Below are positions 1 to 8,486 of a stretch of DNA of 64,000 nucleotides, one piece after another. Within the stretch, counting starts at the first letter, position 1; each line of letters begins with the position of its first letter. The notes beneath the pieces were generated by a model, which worked only from the letters and a program-made list of their open reading frames with translations, did no database searches and was not told the origin of the DNA. The stretch is from a bacterium. Lineage in GTDB: Bacteria > UBA8248. A program made the position numbers and the translations under genes. The stretch is taken from the NCBI GenBank assembly GCA_965207065.1, contig OZ242260.1, positions 768,001 through 832,000 of the forward strand. Reading direction: 5' to 3'.

Positions 1-2
1 TG

Positions 3-941
3 ACCGGCCTGGATTCGCTGGAATACTCGCTCAAGTCGGGGCGCGAAGGCGGCATCACCGACCCTGAATACCTCAAAAAAGTAGAGGCGTTCGCCGAATG
101 GTGCCGGAAGCAGCCGAATGTGAGCCACGTGCGGGCCTTCTCGGACATCATGAAGCGCCTGAACAAGAACATGCACGGAGACGACCCGGCTTTTTTCAAA
201 ATCCCGGAGGACCCCAAACTCGCCGCGCAATATCTGCTGCTCTACGAATTTTCGCTTCCGTTCGGCATGGACCTCAACAACCGCATCGACGTCGCGAAGT
301 CCACGACGCGCATGACCGTGGTGATCCGCAGCCTCTCCTCCAAGGACCAGCGTGATTTCGACGGGCATGCGCAAGCCTGGCTCCGCGCCAACATACCCGA
401 ATTCGCACAGGAAGCGTCGGGCATCACCATGGTCTTCGCTCACCTCACGCTCAGAAACATCCACAGCATGCTGCGCGGCACGATAATCGCCATGGCCCTC
501 ATTTCATTGATCTTGATCCTGGTCTTCAAAAACGTGCGGCTGGGCCTCATCAGCCTCGTGCCCAACTTCATTCCCGCCGCCATGACCTTCGGCTTGTGGG
601 GCCATCTGGTCGGCCGCGTGGGACTCGCAGGCTCCGTGATGACAGCGATCGCATTCGGGATCATCGTGGACGACACGATTCACTTTTTGAGCAAGTATCT
701 GAGACATCGCCGCGAGGGCCTCTCCGCGACCGAGGCCGTGCGCGCCGTCTTTCACACCGTGGGCCACGCGCTATGGACGACGACAGCGGTCTTGTCACTC
801 GGTTTTCTGGTGTTCGCCTCATCGGGGTTCGAGGTCAGCTGGGCGCTCGGCCTGATGGTGGCTATCACGCTCGTCTTCGCCCTGCTGGCGGATTTCCTGC
901 TTCTGCCGACACTGCTGATGCTTCTCGACCGGAAAGAGTAA
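3..941 (+). CDS. MMPL/RND-family transporter, C-terminal part (5' end outside the window)
   Basis: Frame open from nt 3 (TGLDSLEYSLKSGREGGITDPEY...); GIIVDDTIHF RND motif; aligns closely with the C-terminal half of 4723..7008. Confidence 0.85.
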   Translation, partial: TGLDSLEYSLKSGREGGITDPEYLKKVEAFAEWCRKQPNVSHVRAFSDIMKRLNKNMHGDDPAFFKIPEDPKLAAQYLLLYEFSLPFGMDLNNRIDVAKSTTRMTVVIRSLSSKDQRDFDGHAQAWLRANIPEFAQEASGITMVFAHLTLRNIHSMLRGTIIAMALISLILILVFKNVRLGLISLVPNFIPAAMTFGLWGHLVGRVGLAGSVMTAIAFGIIVDDTIHFLSKYLRHRREGLSATEAVRAVFHTVGHALWTTTAVLSLGFLVFASSGFEVSWALGLMVAITLVFALLADFLLLPTLLMLLDRKE

Positions 942-1314
942 TATAATGTATGTTCGTCTCATACATGGACAAAGGGGTTCGAGATCGTGGGGGAGTCTTC
1001 TCTACAACAACAGTAAATGAATCAGGAAGTGTAAAACTCATCCGGGAATCGGATGTAATATTTCTGGCATTAATATTAATTTTGAACATATTATATTCTG
1101 GACATTCCAAAGAACACATAAGTAGGAGTGAAAAAAATAGTTGCAGGCCAGCCAAATAGGCAACGAGGGGTCTTGACGGCTTTTCAGTAGTGTTGCTCAT
1201 CGCTTCGTTCGAGCGTGACTCAATGAGCAGACGGTCAGGTCTTCCGCGAATGAATTCACTCTTCGTCTCACCGAAGATTCGCAGAAGCTCTGAATTGCCA
1301 ATCGAGAGAACCCG

Positions 1315-1482
1315 ATGCCCCTACGAGCACCATCAGCTTACGTCGAAGAATACGAGAAGCAAACACGTCCATACAATCCAGAACTGGCGCACAACTATAT
1401 CCGCCACACCACCATGGGCCAAACCGAACTGGACCCGGCGATGGAGGAAACTGTGAAGGAGCAAAAGAGGAGGAATCTCTAA
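1315..1482 (+). pseudogene. 55-aa ORF copying the N-terminus of the downstream oxygenases (truncated paralog or leader ORF)
   Basis: Hand translation MPLRAPSAYVEEYEKQTRPYNPELAHNYIRHTTMGQTELDPAMEETVKEQKRRNL matches PSAYVEGYENKARPHDQELADLYIRHTTIGDPVLDPIMEE of 3471..4643; its TAA overlaps the next ATG (TAATG). Confidence 0.75.
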
Positions 1483-2648
1483 TGCAATGTCCGGCAGCGT
1501 ATAAGGACAGCCTTTCCAGGTGTTCCGACGACATGAAGGATGCGGCCGAGAACTATATCGCGCACACTACGATCGGGGATCCGGAGCTCGATCCGATCAT
1601 GGAGGAGCTCTCCTCGATACCGACCAATGACCTCCACCGGTTTATCGAGGCCGGCATCGAACAACAGGACCAGGTCTTTCGCGCCGCGCCACGGTGCTTG
1701 CGCGATTTCTTCGACAACCTCGAAGAACCCGCCTGGGTGGACCACAAAGCATTTACACCCGGGGTACGCGCGTTTCAGAACAATGTCGTCAAGGTATTCG
1801 CGGCCTTCGTGGCCGGCGTGCTGATCGACGGCTTCTCGACCCGAATCTCCAAGTCGTTCGTCCAAACGGGCCGTATCTTCGACAACGGGGTCGCGCGGCT
1901 CCAGCAGAACAACCGCCAGCAGGTCGAGATATTCTGGCCCGGTGGACTCTTGCGCGAATCCGACGGCTGGAAACTATCGGTCCGGATCAGGTTCGTTCAT
2001 GCCCGCGTGCGCTACCTGCTGGCCCGCTCGGGCGAATGGGATGTCGGGGTTCACGGCACACCGATCAGCGCCGCGCATCTGGGCTACTCGCTCGCGTGTT
2101 TCTCGGCCAGGACCCTGAAACATTCGACCACCCTGGGCGCCCGCTATACCCGGGAGGAACGCGAGAGCTTCTGTGCGGTCTGGCGCTACGCCGGCTACCT
2201 GATGGGCATCCCGGAAAGCATCATGTATCAGGGCGAGCAGGACGCATTGAAGATGTACCGCGTCGGCATGGCCTGCGAACCGGAACCCGATGAGGACGCA
2301 ATCGTCATGTCGAATGCCCTCATCAATTCAGCGCCCCTGGTCGCCGGCATCACGGATAAGATCGAACGGGCCGAACTCGTCCGGAACATCATCTATCCGG
2401 TGTCGCGGCTGCTGATAGGGAACACGATGGCCAACAAGCTCAATTTCCCGAAAAGCTCCAGGTTCAAGATGATGCGCGCGTTCCTCGAGTTCCGCTTCGA
2501 CAACGCGTTCACGTTGTTCAAGGAGCGCATTTTCCGGAAGGGTGGATCCAACCTTATCACGGCGTTTGGCGCATCCCTCTACAGCAACGCCGGCACCAGC
2601 TACAAGCTGCCCGACCACGTTCATGCAGAACGATCCTCGGAGTGGTAG
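1482..2648 (+). CDS. Lcp/MpaB-like (rubber-oxygenase catalytic domain, DUF2236) heme oxygenase, copy 1
   Basis: RIRFVHARVR (heme-His motif), W..G.PIS and WRYAGYLMGI motifs; AGAGGAGG RBS; no Tat signal seen. Confidence 0.75.
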   Translation: MQCPAAYKDSLSRCSDDMKDAAENYIAHTTIGDPELDPIMEELSSIPTNDLHRFIEAGIEQQDQVFRAAPRCLRDFFDNLEEPAWVDHKAFTPGVRAFQNNVVKVFAAFVAGVLIDGFSTRISKSFVQTGRIFDNGVARLQQNNRQQVEIFWPGGLLRESDGWKLSVRIRFVHARVRYLLARSGEWDVGVHGTPISAAHLGYSLACFSARTLKHSTTLGARYTREERESFCAVWRYAGYLMGIPESIMYQGEQDALKMYRVGMACEPEPDEDAIVMSNALINSAPLVAGITDKIERAELVRNIIYPVSRLLIGNTMANKLNFPKSSRFKMMRAFLEFRFDNAFTLFKERIFRKGGSNLITAFGASLYSNAGTSYKLPDHVHAERSSEW

Positions 2649-2720
2649 TAGATTTTCCATCCAGGGCAGGCTGGGAGGAAACTGAACAGCGCCCTGCATC
2701 GCGAGGTCGACCGGGTCACG

Positions 2721-3122
2721 CAGGGAGACGGTTTAATCGTCGATCCGCTCGTTGATGACGCGAGCGCCCTGAGCAACGCCGATCTCGCGCGCATTCGGAA
2801 AATTGCGTTGAGCTCGGCGGATCTCGCCGGGCGTCTGGCCTCCCTTGACGGACGAGTGGCCGGACTCGCTATCAATTTCGTAAAGCCAGACAAGAAAAGC
2901 AATATGGTGGCCGAGGCCGTGCGCGCCGTCTTTCGGACCGTGGGGCACGCACTCTGGACGACGACCGTGGTTTTGTCGCTCGGTTTTTTGATGTTCACCT
3001 TATCGGGCTACGAGGGAAGTTGGACACTCGGTCTCATGGTTTCGATCACGATCGTCTTTGGGCTCCTCACCGACTTCCTGCTTCTGCCACCCTTGCTGAC
3101 GACACTCGACCGGAAGGATTGA
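2721..3122 (+). pseudogene. Internally deleted MMPL/RND transporter remnant
   Basis: QGDGLIVDPLVDDASALSNADLARIRKIAL...GRVAGLAINF (N-terminal periplasmic part of 4723..7008) fused in frame to EAVRAVFRTVGHALWTTT...LDRKD (its last ~65 aa); no start of its own. Confidence 0.8.
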
Positions 3123-3470
3123 CGGGGCGCGCTCGTCCCGCCCGCGCGGCATTGGGCCCAAGAGCGCGAGCAAATCCTCGCCTGTAGAATTGCGGGTGAA
3201 AGGGGCTATCGCAAAAACCTATTCCTGAATCTTCTGCTGCATTACCTTGATGAAAAAAAATTAAACGTGTTACATTCAAAGCGTTGCGACAAGAGGGTTA
3301 AGAAATTAGCATAAAGCTATCGTTACCCAGTGATGTAGAGGTGGGGAAACCACGAGTCCATTCTGTGGACTGACGAGTTAACGAATCGACTATTATCGTG
3401 CCGGTCTCATGGCCCTTGATAGTCTGTTGAACTCGGAGTCCAGAGAATACTCCTTTGGGAGCATGGACTC

Positions 3471-4643
3471 ATGGCAACTCCGGTAATCCCATCTGCCTAC
3501 GTTGAAGGCTACGAAAATAAGGCGCGCCCTCACGATCAGGAACTGGCGGACCTCTACATCCGGCACACCACCATCGGCGATCCCGTTCTGGACCCGATCA
3601 TGGAGGAGATATCCTCCCTCCCTGCCTATGATTTGCACGCGTTCATCGAGGCCGGCATAGAGCAGCATGACGGCGTTCTGAGGGATGCGCCGCAACCCCT
3701 TCGCGATTTCTTCTGGAATTTCGAAGAGCCAGCCTGGCTTGATCACGAAGCCTTCCGTCCCGGGATTCGTTGTTTCAACGTCAACGTCGATCTCATGCTC
3801 GTCGCGTTCGTGACGGGTGTGCTGGTGGAGGGTTTCTCGACGCTCATCGCCAAGTCCTTCAACAAGACCGGGCGGACGGCGGCAACCCCCAGGCGCCTCA
3901 TGCAGAACAACCGCCAGTTGATGGAGATATTCTACCCCGGCGGGCTGCTAAGGAACGGCGACGGCTGGAAGCTCTCCACGCGCGTCCGGTTCGTGCATGC
4001 GCGCATCAGAAGTCTACTGGCGAAATCAGGCGACTGGGACTTCGAGGCCTGGGGCGCGCCGCTGAGCGCGGCGAACCTGGGGTTGGCCATCTCCATCTTC
4101 TCGATGCAACTGCTCAGATACTCGAAACTCGTGGGAACGAGCTTCAGCATCGAGGAACAGGAGAGCGTACTCGCCGTCTGGCGCTACGCCGGCTATCTCA
4201 TGGGGATACCCGAAACCATCCTCTACACAGACGGGGCGGACGCGGAGAGGAAACACGACATCGCCTATATGTGCGAACCCCCTCCGAGCGCGGATTCGGT
4301 CGACATGGCGAACGCGCTGATCAGGGCCATTGCGCCGGTTGCGGGCGTAACGGACCCGAAGGAACAGGAAGACTTGACGGATCTGGCCTATCGCCTTTCC
4401 ACGGCGTTGATAGGGCAGGAACTCGCGGGTCAGTTCGGGTATCCGAAGCACTCCCGCCTCACCACGATGCTGACGCTTTACATTTTCCGGACGAAACAAC
4501 GCCTCCTGCGCTTTCTGCATAGCAAACAAATCGTCAAGTCCCAGAATTTTTCGCAGCTTCTCAAGATTTCGGTGTACGACGAGGGTGGAATCAGCTACCG
4601 GATGCCCGACCGAGTCAAAGCGTCGGAATCAAGCAAGTGGTAA
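3471..4643 (+). CDS. Lcp/MpaB-like heme oxygenase, copy 2
   Basis: RVRFVHARIR, WG.PLS and WRYAGYLMGI motifs; full-length paralog of 1482..2648; GGGAG RBS. Confidence 0.75.
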   Translation: MATPVIPSAYVEGYENKARPHDQELADLYIRHTTIGDPVLDPIMEEISSLPAYDLHAFIEAGIEQHDGVLRDAPQPLRDFFWNFEEPAWLDHEAFRPGIRCFNVNVDLMLVAFVTGVLVEGFSTLIAKSFNKTGRTAATPRRLMQNNRQLMEIFYPGGLLRNGDGWKLSTRVRFVHARIRSLLAKSGDWDFEAWGAPLSAANLGLAISIFSMQLLRYSKLVGTSFSIEEQESVLAVWRYAGYLMGIPETILYTDGADAERKHDIAYMCEPPPSADSVDMANALIRAIAPVAGVTDPKEQEDLTDLAYRLSTALIGQELAGQFGYPKHSRLTTMLTLYIFRTKQRLLRFLHSKQIVKSQNFSQLLKISVYDEGGISYRMPDRVKASESSKW

Positions 4644-4722
4644 GCGATGTCCGTAATCAGATGCGCCCTGATGGTTCAGCCCCTATCCACACCGTGCCCG
4701 TGACCAAGAGGCGATAACTATC

Positions 4723-7008
4723 GTGCAACTGGATCGCTATATCGATGCCGTTATGCGTCATCGGTGGCTGGTAGTTGCGCTGGCCTTATCGATAATGATC
4801 ATCGCAGGGGCGGGCGGGCGCTTCATCACCGTTGCGAACGATTACCGCATTCTGTTCAGTGAAGACAATCCTCATCTCCTCGCTTTCGACGCGCTGGAGA
4901 ATACCTTTTCCTCATCCGACAACGCGCTTATCGCCATTGCGCCCAAAGGCGGTTCGGTTTTCACCAAGGAGGCGCTCGGCGTGCTCGAGGAGTTGAGCAA
5001 AGCCGCGTGGAAGACGCCGCATTCGAGCCGGGTCGACTCCCTCACGAACTATACCCACAGCCGCGCGGAGGGGGATGACCTGATCGTCGAGCCGCTCGTC
5101 GAAGACGCGGGTTCGCTTACAGAAACAGCCGTCTCGAGAATCCGGAAGATCGCGCTGGGCGCCACCGAAATCGCCGGACGCCTCGTCTCCCGTGACGGAC
5201 GCGTGGGCGGGCTGACGATCACTTTCAATCTGCCCGAAAACCAGGACCTCGCGGTGCGCGAGATAACCGATTACCTGAACGTGGTTCTCCAGAAGGCGCA
5301 CGCGAAACATCCGGACATTGCCTATTACATGACCGGCACCGTCGTCGTAAACCGGTCTTTCCAGGATGCCCCACAGGCCGAAAACAAGGTGCTGTTGCCG
5401 ATTGTGCTACTCGTCATCGTGAGTCTCACGATTATTCTCCTGCGCTCGTTTCTCGGCACTTTGGCGATCATGACCGTTATCATTTTCCCCATCGTTACCG
5501 CAATGGGATTCGCCGGCTGGGTCGGTGCGGTATTCAGTCCCACCAACGCCGGCGTGCCCGTCATCATCATGGTGATAGCTATTGCAGATGCTGTCCACAT
5601 CGTTTCGAGCACTCTTTTCGGCATGAGACGCGGTCTGGAAAAAGATGCCGCGATTGCGGAATCGATCCGCATCAACGCCTGGCCGGTGTTTCTCACCTCG
5701 CTCACGACGGCGATCGGTTTCCTGAGCCTGAACACCTCGGATTCGCCGCCCTTCCACGTCCTGGGCAATTGCGTGACGCTCGGCGTTTTGTGCGCTCTCG
5801 CCTACTCCCTGACGTTGCTGCCGGCGTTGCTATCGATTCTCCCGTTGCGCGCGCCTCGCCGCCGCACGAAGGGGTTAGACTTGTTCGAGCGCTTTGCCGA
5901 CTTCGTCATCTCCTGGCGCAAATTTCTGCTCGTGTTCTTCTCTCTGGCGGTGATTCTTCTGCTGACGGGTATCCCCCGCATCGAGCTGGGCGATGATCTC
6001 ACAAAATTTTTCGACGAGCGCTACCGTGTCCGCCGCGATACGGATTACATCTCCCAACATCTGACCGGCTTCGACAAGCTCGAATATTCCCTGAAAGCCG
6101 GGAGAGAGGGCGGTATTACCGATCCCGTATATCTGCGCAAGGTCGAGGCCTTCGCCGAATGGTACCGGCAGCAGCCGAAAGTGACCCACGTCCAGGCATT
6201 CCCGAACGTTCTGAAACGCCTCAACAAGAACATGCACGGCGACGACCCGGCCTTCTACAGGATCCCCGACGATCCGAAGCTCGCCGCGCAATATCTGCTG
6301 CTTTATGAGTTTTCCCTCCCCTTCGGCATGGACCTCAACAACCGCATCGATGTCTCTAAATCCACAACGCGCATGACCGTTACGATCAGGGACGCGACGT
6401 CGCGCGACCTGCGCACACTCGACAGGCGCGCACAGGCATGGCTCAGCGCCAATGCGCCCGGTTTCGCGCAGGAAGCATCCGGGCTGAGCGTCATCATGGC
6501 TCATGTCTCACAACGAAATATCAACAGCATGTTGAGCGGCACCATCATCGCCATGGCCCTCATTTCGCTCATCCTGATCTGGGTCTTCAAGAATCTCCGC
6601 ATCGGACTCATAAGCCTGCTGCCGAATTTCATCCCCGCGCTCATGACCTTCGGCCTGTGGGGCCATGTCGTCGGCCAATTGGGCCTGGCCTCCTCGGTTG
6701 TGCTCGGCGTTACCTTCGGAATCATCGTGGACGACACGATCCACTTCCTGAGCAAATATCTAAAGGCCCGGAGAGAGGAGGGACTCTCCGCACCCGAGGC
6801 CGTTCGCTATACCTTCCGCGCCGTGGGCCATGCGCTGTGGACTACGACCGTGGTCTTGTCAGCGGGCTTTCTGGTGTTCACCGCGTCGGGGTTCGAGCCC
6901 ACCCGGGTGCTTGGCCTCTTGGTAACGATCACGATTATCTTCGCGCTCCTGGCCGATTTCCTGCTTCTGCCAACCCTGCTGATGGCCATTGACCGGAGAA
7001 ATTCATGA
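4723..7008 (+). CDS. MMPL/RND-family (HpnN-like) lipid transporter
   Basis: 761 aa, two repeats of TM + periplasmic + TM bundle; IAIADAVHI and GIIVDDTIHF motifs. Confidence 0.85.
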   Translation: MQLDRYIDAVMRHRWLVVALALSIMIIAGAGGRFITVANDYRILFSEDNPHLLAFDALENTFSSSDNALIAIAPKGGSVFTKEALGVLEELSKAAWKTPHSSRVDSLTNYTHSRAEGDDLIVEPLVEDAGSLTETAVSRIRKIALGATEIAGRLVSRDGRVGGLTITFNLPENQDLAVREITDYLNVVLQKAHAKHPDIAYYMTGTVVVNRSFQDAPQAENKVLLPIVLLVIVSLTIILLRSFLGTLAIMTVIIFPIVTAMGFAGWVGAVFSPTNAGVPVIIMVIAIADAVHIVSSTLFGMRRGLEKDAAIAESIRINAWPVFLTSLTTAIGFLSLNTSDSPPFHVLGNCVTLGVLCALAYSLTLLPALLSILPLRAPRRRTKGLDLFERFADFVISWRKFLLVFFSLAVILLLTGIPRIELGDDLTKFFDERYRVRRDTDYISQHLTGFDKLEYSLKAGREGGITDPVYLRKVEAFAEWYRQQPKVTHVQAFPNVLKRLNKNMHGDDPAFYRIPDDPKLAAQYLLLYEFSLPFGMDLNNRIDVSKSTTRMTVTIRDATSRDLRTLDRRAQAWLSANAPGFAQEASGLSVIMAHVSQRNINSMLSGTIIAMALISLILIWVFKNLRIGLISLLPNFIPALMTFGLWGHVVGQLGLASSVVLGVTFGIIVDDTIHFLSKYLKARREEGLSAPEAVRYTFRAVGHALWTTTVVLSAGFLVFTASGFEPTRVLGLLVTITIIFALLADFLLLPTLLMAIDRRNS

Positions 7009-7036
7009 TGCGCCTTTCACGAGTGAGGACCCAATC

Positions 7037-8410
7037 ATGTCACGATCGACGCAAAGAGATACCTATGAAACGAAAAGAGTAGTCATTATTGGAGGAGGTG
7101 CGGCCGGGCTAAGCGCCGCTTACACACTCAAGAAGTACGGCATCAAAGCCGTCTTGTTCGAGGCTGGTGATCGCGTGGGCGGTCGCCTGGGCGGCGACAG
7201 GGTGGACGGTTTTTCCCTGGACGAGGGCGCGGACTTCTTCTGTTCCTCCTACGACGTTGCTTTTCGTATATGCGAGGAACTGGGATTGCCCCTGATTCGA
7301 TCGGATATGGACCTCGGCTGGTACAGAAACGGCCAGTGGATACGGACGACGCCAATCAAGTCCCTTCGCACTGCCGTCCAGAACATACCGGCATTCTGGA
7401 AGCTGGGGTTGTTATCTACCGGGTTCCTGATGCTGGCCAGGGCGGTCAAGGCCGACTCGGAATACCTGAATTTCGCCAGCGACTCGCGACTCGTCGAGCT
7501 CGACGGGGAGGAGAACGCCGGGGGCTACATGAAGAGAATGCGCTTGTCCGAATCCTTGAAAACGACGTTGCGGGGATTTCTGGAGATGACGATGGGCGAT
7601 GTCGATGAAATGGGCGCTGCGTACATCCGGACGTATCTCGCGGAAATGCTCCTGAAGTCCGACCAGATATACGTGCCCGAAAAAGGAGCCGGGGAACTGA
7701 CTCACGCCTTGGCCGATGCCTGCGGAGCCGAGGTCCGTGTCTCGACACCCGTCAACAAAGTCATCGTCCAGGACGGCGCCGTAAGAAGCGTGTTGCTGGA
7801 CGATGGTCCCATCGAGGCGGACGCGGTCATTTGCGCGACTTCCGCCTCGATGGTAAGTGGAATCATTCCCGACCTGCCGAGCAAAATTCGAAGCGCGCTC
7901 GGCACGGTACAATACTCACGCGGATGCCGGGTGGTGATCGGCCTCGACCATCGCCCGCTTCCCGAAGGATGGAACGGCGCGTTGTATCCCGAGGACGAGA
8001 CGCCCCTGCTGCTGGACCGGTCCATCAACCTGCCCGCTGCCGCGCCGCCGGGCAAAAGCACCCTCGACCTGCTCGTCGGCCGTGACCGCGCCGAAGAATT
8101 GTTTCCTCTTGACGATGAGGAAATCAAGCGCCGGATGCTGGCAGACGCGCGCCGGAACCCCCCTCCCGGCTCCAATCTCCCCGGCGACGACGAGGGCTTG
8201 TTCACCCGCGTGTACCGCTGGCCGGAGGCCGTGTGCATGGGCTTGCCCGGCATGTTCAAGGCGGTAGCGGAAATGCGTCTTCAACTCAAACGCGATGTCC
8301 AGAATCTCTTTCTTGCGGGCGACTACATGCGGATTCCCTGTGTGAACGGCGCCCTGGCCAGCGGCGTCGACGCAGCCGAAGAGGTTGTGGCGTTGCTTTC
8401 AGATCGTTGA
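7037..8410 (+). CDS. FAD-dependent oxidoreductase (amine oxidase / protoporphyrinogen oxidase-like)
   Basis: IIGGGAAGLSAA...FEAGDRVGGR dinucleotide-binding motif; C-terminal LFLAGDY...GALASG; ATG at 7037 after GAGGA. Confidence 0.8.
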   Translation: MSRSTQRDTYETKRVVIIGGGAAGLSAAYTLKKYGIKAVLFEAGDRVGGRLGGDRVDGFSLDEGADFFCSSYDVAFRICEELGLPLIRSDMDLGWYRNGQWIRTTPIKSLRTAVQNIPAFWKLGLLSTGFLMLARAVKADSEYLNFASDSRLVELDGEENAGGYMKRMRLSESLKTTLRGFLEMTMGDVDEMGAAYIRTYLAEMLLKSDQIYVPEKGAGELTHALADACGAEVRVSTPVNKVIVQDGAVRSVLLDDGPIEADAVICATSASMVSGIIPDLPSKIRSALGTVQYSRGCRVVIGLDHRPLPEGWNGALYPEDETPLLLDRSINLPAAAPPGKSTLDLLVGRDRAEELFPLDDEEIKRRMLADARRNPPPGSNLPGDDEGLFTRVYRWPEAVCMGLPGMFKAVAEMRLQLKRDVQNLFLAGDYMRIPCVNGALASGVDAAEEVVALLSDR

Positions 8411-8486
8411 AGGCGACGTGCAATTTCCAGTACGGATTTTCGTCGTCTGGGCCGATTGCCGGGAGTGAATAAAGAAACTCCCGAGA

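Noticed and set aside
942-1300. AT-rich intergenic patch with short ORFs (865..1200 -, 950..1159 +)
   Set aside because: No recognisable motif or RBS; cannot tell a promoter region from a decayed foreign fragment.
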